Shown: positions 1-15,082 of the stretch, piece by piece
How the letters are laid out: every line of letters begins with the position of its first letter
Numbering within the stretch: position 1 is the first letter of the stretch
Source of the DNA: Atractiella rhizophila
Taxonomy: Eukaryota
Assembly (NCBI GenBank): GCA_021432655.1
Contig: MU271377.1
Location: 1 to 64,000 of the forward strand
Reading direction: 5' to 3'
DNA: 64,000 nucleotides
Notes under the pieces: model-generated
What the model was told of the DNA's origin: nothing
The model's input: only the letters and a program-made list of their open reading frames with translations
Databases searched by the model: none
Program-made: the position numbers and the translations under genes

Positions 1-651
1 GAGTGATGTGTTGCTCACTTCAGAACAGATGAGCGAGCTTCTTCTGAATGAGTACACTCGGAGAGGGTTCATTGATGCCGTCATCTTGCGTCTTCCCACC
101 GTCGCTCCTCGAGCTGGCGCACCAACAAACGCTACGTCGAGCTTTATGAGCGACATCATTCGCGAACCGCTCAATGGAAAGCCTGCCACTTGCCCTGTAC
201 CCCCAGATACCAAGATTTACATCACTACGCCAAGAATTGTCATCGAGAACCTGGTGTACGCTAGCAAGATAGCTAGCGACAAGTTCCCCAAGCACTCAAG
301 GATGGTCATTCTTCCTGGATACTCGCTGACTGTCGTAAGAGTTCTCAACAGTCACTTTGCATGAGGGATGACTGATTGTAAACTTAGGGTGACGAGATCG
401 AGGCTGTTCGACAAGTTGGAGGTGAAGAGTAAGTCTCTCCAACCTGCCTTGCTATTTTATACTGAGTGAAATGAAGAGCTGCGAAGTTGATCTCTTTGGA
501 AGAAAACCCGATTGACACTCGACTCGTTTTGTCGTTCCCCTACGAGTTCGATGTCAGCTATGCCATTGGATTGGGCTTCAAAGCCGATGATGTTGGTATT
601 GTAGGAGCTGCAAGAGAATACAAGGAGAAGTACGTCGACGGTAAAAAGTAG
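1..651 (+). CDS. NAD-dependent epimerase/dehydratase (extended SDR, D-erythronate dehydrogenase-like), 3' part; multi-exon
   Basis: ORF 8-364 gives ELLLNEYTRRGFIDAVILRLPTVAPRAGAPTNATSSFMSDIIREPL, typical of this family. GT-AG introns follow, and the stop is TAG at 649-651. The 5' end lies outside the window. Confidence 0.75.
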
Positions 652-2788
652 CAGAAAGGTGTTGGAAGGAGTTAGTAGATGTGTATCTCATGAAATGAAG
701 CCATATTTAACCAGTCATGTTTGTAACTCGGTGCTGAAACATTGATGGGCTCACAATTATCTGAAGAACGATATCTTTACTGTATTGTTATGCATTGGCG
801 AAATGTATCAAGCAATAATGGCATTGGGGAGGAGAAGAAAAGCCTGTTTGCCTGCTCTCTCGCAGCTTCAGCATTAAAAAATCAACCCTTGAGCATCCTC
901 AGTCTCCATCCCTAACACTAACACCGATGGTAGGGCGTCAACATCTGCCTCCAATGTTGTATCGCATAGTCCGTAACTCGAGAGCGCCGGTAAAACGAGG
1001 CAGTGCACGAAGATAAGAGCTGAACCCAGTCGTTGATATGGTCTCTTCTTGTACCATACCGCTGGTGAATTGGGGCCTTTTGGTCTTCTGGCACGGCAGA
1101 TATCCATCAATGCCTGGTATCGCTCGGTGGTTCGAAGCCTGAATTGACACTGCTCGAAAGCTGGAGACCAAGGTGTATTCGTGTCGATAGCCGTCAATGG
1201 CTTGGGACTTTGACAGCGCGTTATCATCAGTTTTAAAAGGTCATTTTGAGAATTCGAGCTACAGTAATGATTTTTAATACGGTGGTTGGCTTGCAAGAAC
1301 AACCAATTAGCTGAGTGCCGAAAAGCAAAGGATGACACTCATGTTGGCAAGTGCTCCAAGCTTTAATGCGTCATCTGTCGCATCATCAGTTGCTTCGAGG
1401 TATCGAGAAGATAAGAGGCAGCTTACCATCTGAGCTAGATGGTATTGATCCATCCGAAAAGTCATCGCTGACCAGCCTCACAACATGTCTTCCATTATTC
1501 CCAAGATCGGTTGCTGAGACTGTCTTCATAAATTCGAATCTTCGGCAGGATCCTATAAGACTGGCATTGAAATTATTAGGCTTCTCAGGAGACACTTCCA
1601 CTGAGAAAGTGAGGTCACAAAAGCTGACATTCTGATGACGAGACTTGTGGAAGAGGAGGAGGCTTGTGTGCTTTTCTTCACTCTCAGCAAGAACGAGCGT
1701 GGTCAAAGATATTTACACGACGTCATCCTTGCATGAATTCGTTGTCTGCCTTCTTTGAGCATTCACAACTGTGAAATGAGCCGCGTCTGCTGGCACGAAT
1801 TGTAGAGGTGTCGACCAGGGTATCTCTGCTTGAATGAATTCATTCATCTCCATACAAAGAAAGGGGTTTTGGGCCATGTCTGGGCCTTGAGGTTGGTGCA
1901 TCAAGACTACGACATCGCCTATGAGTTTACTCCTCAGGTCGACACTGATGAGCCCTAAATGAGTCGGAAATATACTGGGGCGGGCACAATCGTAGTCACG
2001 ACAATACGCCTAAAAACGCTTCACCATGAGAGTGAGCCAAAGCATTCCTGTCACGGCGCTTCATTATATTCAGGGCTGGATTGCCATCAGTAGCCTGAAG
2101 TATGTTTGATCTTTGCAAGGCATTCGTGGCGTCTTAACATCCTCAATCCAAGGTCAAGAAAGGCTCAGGCTCAGCAAGCACTCTGCTGGAGCAGACCTCG
2201 GCTTGTGCCCCACACATCGCATTTTATCATCATTTAAGGAACAACTTGAATAATCTGGATAGTCCAAAGGCTCTACCTAATAACGTGCCTTTGTCACACT
2301 GAGCTGAGAAACGGACCAGCTTAAGATTCCAATCCTTCCTGTATATCTGCAACGGCACACCATCGTCAGACAGTCCTCCACGTTTAAACGTGTGGGTGGA
2401 CAGTGGTGAACAAGGTGTCATTGCGATGACATTAACCCGACGGAAGCAGATGAATATTGTACGAGGAGCAAACAAGGCCAAGCAAGTTTCATCGACCACT
2501 TGGCGACGATTTCTCTCCCTTTCATCAGTCGCTTTCGCACGAAGGATATAGGCACTGCTGGGAGCACTCAAGTGGAATATCCAGGGGAGCTGTTAGCCTT
2601 CCAGAGGACGAGGTGTGTTTCCTTCTCAGCTTATCCTCGGGGTCACGACGTCTGAGCAGCCATCCATCGCCTCTTTCTTTGGTAGAACCACTTCATTCGA
2701 ACCATCTTCATCTTCAAAGCAGGCTGCCGGCCGGCTCCACGCTCATTCTCATTCTCTCTTCCTCCAACTTCGCAACCAACCTTAAAAG

Positions 2789-5193
2789 ATGCACAACCCT
2801 CAATATTCGCCTTCTGCCTATTCTTATCCCTATGCTTCGTCGCCAGCGCCCTCGCCCTCTCCGCGGCCCCCGCCCTCCCCTTCGCTCTCCCCGAACCCCA
2901 GCTCCCGCGCTTACCCCGACCCATACGCCTCCGACGAGCGGGAAACACTGCACACCTCCCCTTCGCCAAGGACACTCCATCGGCGAATGAACTCCCTGAA
3001 TAGAGAGCGGCAGGGGAGCTATCCGCCTTCGTACTCCAACATTGGATACGACGGTTCGAGGGACCGGGAAAGAGAGAAGTGGGAGAAGGGGAATGGGAAT
3101 GGAAACGGAAACGGAAACGGGGGGATGGACGATGCTGCGAGCATTCGGTCGTCAGAATACAACTATGCGGCCTGGAATCGTGTCTCTTCCACCTCCACAA
3201 ATCTCCATTCGAACCATGGAGGCAACCTCTCGCCTTTCCCTTCCTCTCCAGTTCCACGAACGCCGTCGCCTAGATCTCCCTCTTACCCACCTCCGGATTC
3301 CCATCCCCTCCATGCCCCTCCGTCCTTCAAAACCACCGCCGGATTCGCATCCCCCAAGCGGTCCCAGTCACCAACAACGGACGCCCCGCCGTCCGGCGCA
3401 AATCAACTCCCTCGCGTCTTCAGTCCGAACGAGCCCATCGACCCGACAACCTTGACACCGGAGCAGCTGAAGGTGTACAAGACGTTCTGCAACAAGGAAA
3501 TCGACAAGGAAGGCCCGCTGCTTGGGTATAGACAGCAGCTGAAGAAGGTGAGATATGGAAAGGATGTGGAGTGGGGGAAGCTGTTGAAGAGCCAGTTTGG
3601 GACTTGGAAGAACCTCCGTGAGTGTTTTTTTCTTGTCGAGTGGTGCGATGGATGGGTGAATCGGATGGAAAAGAGCTTGAGAACAGGCAAACAGCCAGGT
3701 CGCCCCGTCACCGGCGCAGCCACGCGGCCACTCGACCACTAGAACAATAAAAGAATCAGGGACTGAAGACCAGAAGGACAGAAGCAGAGAAACTGAGACA
3801 CCCCGCCCCCCCCCTCTGTACCTGGGCAAACAGACGAACAGATGGGTAGAAGAACAGCAGACCGGGAGATCCCGATAGCAAGAAACGAAGCACCCTCCTA
3901 CCCGCCATCCCTCCAGGCCGAAAAACCGAAAAAACCAACATCCGCATCCCTCCCTCCCTCACCCCAGCACACCAAGCAATTCAGCAAGGAGAGCGGGATA
4001 ACGGGCGGACTGGGGATCGGAGGAGGGAACACAGCAGCACGGACGCAGAGACGTGAACTGGGAAACTGCGAAACCGCCAGCCCCCAACCCCCTGCTCCAT
4101 TCTCCAACCATCTGATATCCTCTCCCCCGTACATAGTCTCTTCATGCTCCTCCAGAAGCTAGCCGACAAATACGAACGCAAGAACATGCAATGGGCGTTG
4201 CTCGCCCACATCGTCCGCGAAGGCGGATTCAAGATCGTGCTCGCCTGTCGATACTCCGCCATCCCCTCCCATCTCACCACCGCCATATTCTCGACCTGTG
4301 GAACCGGCTTCTGGGCCTTCACCATCGCCGCCATCCTCTCCTTGCCTCAGAAACTCCCCTTCGTCTACGCCGGAGTCATCTTTGAGAGCTCGGCGGATGG
4401 GACGGAGACGACGTCGGATCGGATCATCTTTGCCACCACTTTTGGGGGGACGATCGTCGTCACTCTCATCGTCATGTATTATATTCAACTGAAGATGAGA
4501 GCGAGCATCCTCGACGTTAGACAGAATCTTCGGTGCGTTTCCTCCCCTTCTCGAGGCATCTTGAGCAGGTGCCGCCTTTGGAGTTCTAATTCAATGGTGA
4601 TGGGTAACAGGGTCAAGCGAGCCGCTGCGCTGAACGAGGTTTCGACACCTGCTTACCTCCAGAATGGCAAGCACCAATCTCTAACAATGTCAGACGAGAC
4701 CTATTCGGACGTCGACCTCAAATCCGCCTCTCACCACAATCCACACAGCAAAGAGAACGGCAAACACAAGAAGTCCCGCTCCTCCTTCCTCTCCTCCCTC
4801 AACCACAACAGCAACCATACCAAAGGCCCATCCCTCGAGGAGGGACACGGACTCGCTTCTAGAGCTGCACCTATGGGGATGAGGGGGGCGGGAGAACTGG
4901 AGATGCAAGAGCGTCCTGGGACGGGAGGGAAAGGAGGAAGTCGGATAGAGATTAGAGAGAAGGAGGGCGTGAGGCGAGAAGAGGATGATCGCCATCGTGG
5001 GCTATATGATCAGGCTTTCGGAGGAGGAGGAGAGAGGGATCAGAGCACGATGTCGTTGCATGAGGCGCCGTACGGAGGACACCCTTATCAGTATCCGAGG
5101 GAGGCGCAGGGGAGGGGAGTGTATGCGAGGCAGGAGAATGTTAGTCAGGTCAGCCAGGCTAGCTTTGAGGACGGGTATGGATATGCTCGTTGA
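2789..5193 (+). CDS. TVP38/TMEM64 (SNARE-associated, DedA/VTT domain) membrane protein; exons at 3680-4090 are corrupted
   Basis: Pro/Ser-rich N-terminus, then HIVREGGFKIVLACRYSAIPSHLTTAIFSTCG...AAILSLPQKLPFVYAGV (VTT core). The intervening exons survive only as degenerate remnants with in-frame stops at 3740 and 3764. Confidence 0.75.
3089..3122 (+). repeat. Hexanucleotide microsatellite (GGGAAT/GGAAAC)n encoding Gly-Asn repeats
   Basis: gggaatgggaatggaaacggaaacggaaacgg, read directly. Confidence 0.8.
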
Positions 5194-5898
5194 TTGTCGT
5201 TTCTCACGGACGCTTGTTCCTTCATTTGACGGCTTGGAGAAGGAGAGGATCATACAGTCATACCCTACCTATACAGCCTTCCTCTCCTTCAACATCCTTC
5301 GAAGGACCCACGTTCATTACTCTGTTTTCTCTTCCCGGTTTCTTTGCATGTATCGTCTCCTGTTCTTTCTCCCACCCTCAGGTTTGGTCGGTTGACTTGG
5401 TCTCGGTTCGAGTTTTGTGCTTACTTTACTTTGAAGGTTCAGATCTTTATTCTTATGGAGTGAGTGAGCTGGCTGAGTTGAGATACAATATACCTGCTCA
5501 TTCGATCAGTGGTTCAAATTGATCAAGTTGTAGGCGCAGTGTATTAGTAGGATTAATGTTATTGCTGTTATAAGCATCTGAACCGGCGACATCATCTTTC
5601 ATTCCCCTTCCCCTGCCGGCCCTGCTCACGAGTGTGATCTGGACGATGATAACACCAACGTTCCGACATGCCATTCCTCACAGCTGCGCGCGATAGAGTG
5701 GGATAAGCCTCCACGCGTCGCAATTTATAGAAGTAGCGTCGATCCACTGTAGCGCTCTACGTGATTAGCACAACACGTTGCTAGAGAGGTCAGCCACAGA
5801 TCACAGATAAAAGGCAGCTTGAGACAGAGTAAGTGGCTGGCAGGAGTCTTTCCCCTTCTGATTCAGCGTGGCTACTCGCCATAAAGTGTGTTGTAAGA

Positions 5899-7100
5899 AT
5901 GTTTCTTCCATTGCTCATCGGAAGCCTTATACCCTCGACGAGAGCTTGGGGAGCGCTTGGTTAGTCTATCAATTCTAGAGTTGGGATGGCTGACAACATG
6001 GATTTCGAACTGGCAGGCCATCAAGTTGTCGCCTATGTCGCACAAGATTTCGTGACGACCCAAGGAGCGACTTTGGTGCAAGGTGCCTTGGGGAACAGCA
6101 GTTCGAGCTACATGGCAGATGTCGCTTCCTGGGCTGATTCCTACAGATATACCTCTGCTGGCGCATGGTCTGCTCCGTGCGTCGTTCTTCATTCCAGAGA
6201 TTGCAGTCTGAATTGCCTTCTAGTTTGCACTACATCGATGCATTGGACTCTCCCCCAGATGGTGAGCCTCATCATCCCTCTGCTACGCACGAAGCTCAGC
6301 GAAAGAAAAGACTGCAACGTCGACTTCGATCGAGATTGTACTGGCAGCGGATGCTTCGTTTCTGCCATCGTAAATTATGCAAGCTTTCTTGACCTTCCAA
6401 CTTGTCCATCCGATAAAACTGAAATGATACAGACAAACATCATGCTCGCTAGCGGGTCCTCTGTGTTGCTCAAGAAGGATGCGGTAAGATTTTTGATTCA
6501 TTTTATCGGAGACATCCACCAACCGTGAGTGATTATTTCATCATCCTCAGAGATGATCAAGCTCAAGAATGGGATAGACTGGTACGAAAACGTTCATCAT
6601 CGTGAAATGTTCCTGAAATTGGAAAAGCACGACGAGAACCTTGACAAGGGAGGAAACGGCATTGACGTCCTCTACAACGGGGCCGACACCAATCTCCACT
6701 CCGTTTGGGACACCTCCCTGCTCCAAACCCTCGCAGGGGGATCAACTGAGACGGTTGCGCGAACGTATGCGACGTCTTTGACGAAAGCCATCAAAGCAGG
6801 AACATGGTCCGCCTCGAGTTGGATCAACGGGATCTCGATTGCTGACCCCGAATCTGCCGCCATGAAATGGGCCAATGAAGCGAACGGATACGTGTGCAGC
6901 GACGTTATGCCAGACGGCGTCAGTGCCGTTGAAGGTCAGGACCTCTCGGGTACCTATTATAGTGACCACAACCACGTCGTTCGCATCCAGCTCGCTAGAT
7001 AAGTCTCTTATCCACATTTGTGAAGCTGGAGTAAGCTCACGACATATGCACAGCTGGATATCGCCTTGCTACGTGGCTGGATTTAATTGCGGCTGCATGA
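5899..7100 (+). CDS. Secreted S1/P1 nuclease; multi-exon
   Basis: Signal peptide then WGALGH; WADSYR, HYIDA, FLIHFIGDIHQPLHDE, NLHSVWD, QLARAGYRLATWL. The model needs a 4-nt microexon (6578-6581) and an AT-AC intron (6999-7051). Confidence 0.93.
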
Positions 7101-7472
7101 ATGCGAGAAGCGAGAACTTAAAAACAGAGTGTAAGTGTCAGAAATGAAAGCAACATATTTTGTATCAGTCAAATATCCCTTCTTTAGTTTCCAGGTGAAA
7201 TGGAATATGCAACCGTGAAACGGCCGCCTCATACGCGGTGACACCTGCAGCCGTGACAACGCTCTAGAGATTCATAACGGATTGCAACAATGTCGAATGT
7301 TAAAAGTGGCGAGGCACAGGACCACTTGGGATATATCAGAACTTAAGAGCCAACGCTAGTTGATTGAGGGAGAGTTGTGATTAATCTACTGATAACAACG
7401 GGTATATATAAAGGTACTTTTGCCTCGACTCCAGGCGAAGAAGGAGAATATTGAGCGGGAGATGCTCACAAT

Positions 7473-8344
7473 CTAATTCTCGAATTCCTCGAACGGGAAC
7501 TCCTCCATAAATTGATCGCGGCCCAACGTGCGTGCATGTTGCGACATAAACTTCGTGATTTCCCCATTTAGCTCTACCCATCAGTTCGAATAGGCAAGGT
7601 CAGTGAAAAAGAACTTTAGAGAGGCGGAGGATTTACGGGAGAGCGTCATAGGTTCCGTGCACTGGAGGGAATAATGGTCCGAATGCTCATGCAGGATAGT
7701 CAGTGTTTTTGGCAGCGGGGTACCTAGTCCCAGGTCTCTATGAACAACGGCGGCAGGTGGTAAAAAAGGGGAAAATATTACCCTTCTCGAGAAGGAAGAC
7801 ATGGATAGACCGACCACGGAAATTGCGAACGACTTCTTGGAATGTTGGAGAGGATGGAGGGCGGAGGGAGCAGCCATTTGGTCCTAGAGAGCGTGTCACA
7901 AATGCCATGACGATAACGACAGCAGGTAAGATGCATAGCAATCGAGTACAATAGTACCAATAAATGAACGGTGTCACGGCGCTTTTAAGTTGGGGCACAC
8001 GCCAACCAAGGAGCAAAAAAGACACTTCAAGCTTGATTGCTTTGCACGACACGACCTCCCGACACCTCCAAAAGACAGAAGAGCGTACGTAAAAAGAAGT
8101 CTCCCTCAGCAGGGATAACTTTCCCATCCTGCATTTTCAAATCATAGCTATGCCTCCCTGCCGCCCTCTGCGTCTCATAATCTCTCAAAGACACCTTTTT
8201 TCCGCTTTGAACCCTTGCCAGCTGAACTGGGACGTGGTCGTACCGCCCTAGGAGCGCCCGAATGTTGGTGGAGGAGAAGCGGACAGGATAAAGTGAGGTT
8301 GGGTTCAAAGCACGAAGAACGGGGCGAGGAAGAGCGAAAGACAT
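7473..8344 (-). CDS. Tse2-type ADP-ribosyltransferase toxin-domain protein; 4 exons
   Basis: Spliced product has VSLRDY..SYDL..GKVIP..PNGCSLRP..FQEVVRNFRG..KGTPLPKTLTILHEHSDHYSLQ..PMTLSQLNGEITKF, matching the recalled fungal Tse2-like pattern. ATG at 8344, TAG at 7473-7475. Confidence 0.7.
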
Positions 8345-8667
8345 GGCGTAGTAGTGTCTAAGTATATATATAAGCAAGGCAAGAGCAAGCAACAAATTTT
8401 TCGGGTATCGCGACAATTTGAAGTCACGTGGAACAGACATCAGGCAGCAGAGGAATGAATTATATACGTGTTGAATCTTACTGTTTGTCAGCCAGGACAA
8501 CTTGTACTGTATTATGCATGGCATGAATGACATTAATGACAGCTTGTGAATCAAGTCGTTATACAGTAAGAAAACAGGCGACAATGCGTTAGATCAATAT
8601 TTTTTACATTTTGCGGCGGCATGAAGTCTTCGCGGCCAGTCCATCAAGTCCTCTCCACCATACGGAA

Positions 8668-10994
<2,327 letters not shown>

Positions 10995-11129
10995 GTTGTA
11001 TCTATGGGTAATTTCGTTACAGGGATTGCTTGGTGAAGGGGAAGGTGAGGGGGAAGGTGTCAATATTTGTGGTTTTTGAAGGAAAATTGACGTGTGTTAC
11101 GTCAGTAGCTTTTGTGCTTCTTGATGATG

Positions 11130-11144
11130 GGAAGCTTCGAGAAG
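11130..11144. promoter_or_regulatory. Heat-shock element
   Basis: gGAAgcTTCgaGAAg is a perfect nGAAnnTTCnnGAAn, about 140 nt upstream of the HSP70 ATG. Confidence 0.85.
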
Positions 11145-11416
11145 ACGCACAAAAGCGAAACTCCGTCTATCGTCTGACTTTGACGTACGACAAATTCACT
11201 TATTCCACTCTTCTGGGATATTCTTCACCAGACTTTTGACTGGTCGCAGGAGCAGACATAAAGCACAAAATATTTCACGAAGTAAAACGGTGGAATAAAC
11301 AGAACCATGATATGATACCTATGCACAAATTTTTCCTTCTTGCGCCGTCAAACCGAATCCAGCAACAAAGTAATAACCTCAATATTCACCTTACTTGCAA
11401 TGAGGATACTCCAGCG

Positions 11417-13503
11417 TCAAAAGTCTATCCCGAGCCGCATCCCTTAGCTCAACGGTTCATTTGCATCAGACAAAGGGTCGACGAACCAATCCTCATTCCC
11501 TGTTTTGCGATCACGAAAGTGACGCCGAGCCCCAATTGTTCCTCCCACTCCTCCAGCTCCCTCAATATCCGATCTGCGATGGTCTCAGGCTTTGCAGAAG
11601 AAGGTGAGCCAGAGGACGGCGGCGGAGGTGACGGGTGTGATAGCGGAGCAGGGGAGCTGTTGCCGTTCTGAAACTTGGAAGGAGAGTTGGGCGGGGAAGA
11701 GCGATAAGGGGAGGTAGACGATGGGGAGGAGGGAGAAGAGAGTCGCTGACGCTTCAAGATCCCATTTCCGCTCTCGTTCTCGTGATCACGGACGGTGACG
11801 TTGCGTCCTGGGCTATCGTGAGTTGGAGAAGGCGGCTGAATTGGTGACACTTCGTCTTTGATGTGCGTGACGACCACTAGTTCGGAGTTTCAGTCTTCTT
11901 CTCCAAGTCCAGGACAGGAATATGTGGCAAAGAAAACCAACCAGTGATCCCTTTCAACTTTCCCTTCCTCCCTTGCTCCGACCCCTGAACAATCCGTACC
12001 TCATCCGCCAACACACCAAGTTCCTCGACTAAGTACCTCGGACAAAGGTGACCGTACAATTCCTCCTTCTTCCGTTCATCACCATAACTGCACTCTAAGA
12101 AAACATGGCTCAACTCCTCCTCCACAATCCTTCTCGCACACTCTTTCCAAACCACCTTATTTCTCCCATACTCCGACCGACTCGGATCAGCGTGCAACGA
12201 GTCTGGCTCCACATCACCAAAGAAGAGGAAGGAACGTTGTTGGCTTTGATCGTTTCGGTTCCGGATGGATTGTCTGGAGCTGATAAAGAATGCCGTTGAG
12301 AGACACCCTCCATGGTTGACCTCGTACGGCGTCGCCTCGAAATACGCCCCTTCAGCTCCTTCTCCACCAACCTGAAATGGAGCGTTGGGAGGGACGGGTC
12401 GAAGGAAAAGGTTGATATGGTCCTTTGGTTGTTGGAGATTGGCTTTGGTGGGTGAGGAGGAGGAAGCGGGAACGAGGTATGAGAGTTGAGGCCAGATTTT
12501 ATCGTCGAAACAGGAGTGTAGGACCTCTAAAGAACCTTGGAGACCGTACACATTGGTAGGTTGCGAAATGGAGGGAGAAGAAACGATCAGGCCCTGTCGG
12601 CGCGACAAACTTAGGGAAGGGACAACAGAGACGGCAAAAGACGAACAAGGGTATGATCTGTTTTTCAATTAGCATTGTGCAATATTTTCAAAGGCGGGAG
12701 AAACGCACCCAAGTGTGAATGAGAAAGCAAGAAGTTTCTTTGCCGCAAAATCAGGGGTCAGAAAGGACAATCAGAACAGAAGACGGGGATGCACCTTACT
12801 CTCCCCCACAACCAACCTGAGGCCCTCTCCGCTCCACCCTGTTCAGTGAACGCGACCTCCTTCGGAAGTTCAAGGCCACGGAATGGTCCATCAGGCAGCA
12901 GGTCATCACCATACGCTTTCGTGGCAATGGTAGTGGATGGAGGGGGAGGTGGAGAGAGTTTTCGCTTCGTGCCCCTTTTTTCGGATGTGGTAGCTGCTGC
13001 AGATGCGACTGCGACGTTTGGAAGTACGGGTGTTGTCGGCGTGGTGCGACTGGAGGTGGAGGATTTGGGGGTAGATGTGAGTGAGCGGGAAAGGATGGAG
13101 GTTAGGGCACCTGTAGAGGAACCTGAGAAGGATCTCAGCATCTATTATATTCAGGTGAAACGGAAATTGGGGCAAAGTGTTTTGATTTATCTAGAATTTG
13201 GAACGAGAATGTGATGCTGAAGCAAACAACTGGCGTGACTCGCAAGACGAACGAAGAGCAGCAAGAGCAGCAAGATAGGAGGAAACACGCACCAGCATCA
13301 AGACCCAAGATGGCTCCCTCTTTATTCCATGCTAACCAGATTTCACCAAACATGAGCAAACGAACTACGGAGAGATAAGAAGGGAAAAGTGGCGCACAAA
13401 TATTGTAGGGCTTGACGAAATAACTAGACAAATTATTTTCCAGCGGTCCACCTCCTGATCCTACCACGACGAGAGAAAACGCGGGAGTGGAAGGCTTTGA
13501 CAT
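11417..13503 (-). CDS. PDE1: Class II (low-affinity) cAMP phosphodiesterase; multi-exon
   Basis: LVVVGSGGGPLENNLSSY, LDAG, SHSHL, FFGDVEPDS, VFLECSY, LYGHLCP, VVTHIKD. Confidence 0.85.
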
Positions 13504-14040
13504 GGAATGGGTAGCTGAAGGATTGGTGGTAGAAGTTGAGGAAGGAGAAGTGGTCGGTTGGCGCCAGAAGATGTTGTTTGGACGTGTTGAAGGCGTGCCA
13601 TGTGTGAATTTGGGTCGTTTTATGGATGACATCGCCACTGCAACAATATTGGGGGCGGTGGAATATCTAAGAATATCAATAAAACAGTAATAAAATGCTT
13701 CAAGATGCCTCTAAAAAGCTAATAAAAGTGATAAGGAATAATATCGATACGATAATGTGAAAAGCGCCTGAAATTCAGGGAGCGAGCAGGCGAGCCTGAT
13801 AAATACAATCGACTGAGAAGGCGAAAGAAACAATGATGCTCCCTTCATAAATCATACGGTCAGCTACTTCTTGTGGTGACTTGCTCAAATTGGATCGGAT
13901 CGAATATGAACAAGGCAGAACGCAGCAACACCAACAAGGGCAAACCTTATCCTAAATCCTAACTCCACAGATTGTCAATGCAGAAGCGCAGGGGCATCTG
14001 CCTCCTCAAGCTTCCTTGATAGTTGCTCAGTTAAGCGGAC

Positions 14041-15082
14041 ATGCATGCGACCGATGCCACTTCCCGTGAGGCACTCCTGCGACAGCCAGCAGTCAAAGTC
14101 GTAGCTCACGCCGGGAGTTTGTATCCTTTCCGCGTACCATCTCCTTCTCAGTCTCAAATAATGTCTGCTAACTCCACAGTTGCATGTAGGGAATATGGTA
14201 CTTTGCGACCAGACCCTTCCTCTGGCCTCTCCTCAAATCCCGATTCATACCATGCGCCATCTTATCCATCATCGTCCTCGTCTTTTTGTTCGTCTTCACC
14301 TACCTCCCCCAAGTCGCATTCCTCTGGATTTGGAACGGACCCGCAGCTTGGGTCAATGGAACTTTCTTGGTTTTGAGTGAGGGGGCGGCGATCGTGAGCG
14401 TGCTCTTTGAGGCTTTCATGGTGGACGAAACTCAGGTGGACGTATTCGATGCTGTGTGTTTACATACTCTGCTCCGTCCCTTCCTCATGCGAACGAACTA
14501 ACAACCTGGCTATCTCTATAGGTTCTGGTCAACGAGGGCTACGAAGATTTAGTCAAAACCGTTCGAAAAGTATCCCCACATCCACCGATTGAAGCAGCGA
14601 AGAGCAATGCATTGCGACGTTTAGGACCACAAGAGAAATCAGCGGTGTATGGCCCCTTCAACTTCCGACAGATCTTCGAATTCGTCCTCCTCCTACCCCT
14701 CAATCTGATACCTTTCGTCGGAGTACCCCTCTTCATTCTCTTGACTGGATATCGAGCCGGTCCGCTGCAACATTATCGATATTGGAAGTTTATGGGGATC
14801 GAGAAACACAGCAAGCCGTTCGTGGACAAGCATAGGTGGAAATATACAGCGTGGGTGTATACCTTCCCCTTTTTTCCTTCTTTTCTTGCGGATGCTACGT
14901 TCAACGAATATGCTGACTTTTGATGTGTGTTTAGGTTGGGAACAAGCTTGCTGTTCTTGCAACTCATTCCAGTCCTCAACATCATATTCCTTTTAACTAA
15001 TGCCGCTGGCGCTGCCCTTCTGGTTGTGGATTGGGAGAAGGAGAAGATCGTTGACCCGCCTGAAGGGTATGGAGCCGTTTGA
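14041..15082 (+). CDS. RRT8/Lds-like EI24-domain membrane protein (start uncertain, could be as far upstream as about 13906)
   Basis: YPFRGIWYF...FTYLPQVAFL...LVLSEGAAIV...LLLPLNLIPFVGVPLFILLTG...QHYRYW; GT-AG introns. Confidence 0.7.

Noticed and set aside
874..2571. Minus-strand ORF fragments of 60-150 aa
   Set aside because: No recognisable motif and no consistent splice model; may be a decayed lineage-specific gene.
3680..4090. Diversity-generating retroelement as the cause of the T loss
   Set aside because: No reverse transcriptase or template repeat in the window, and inferred changes include G-to-C.
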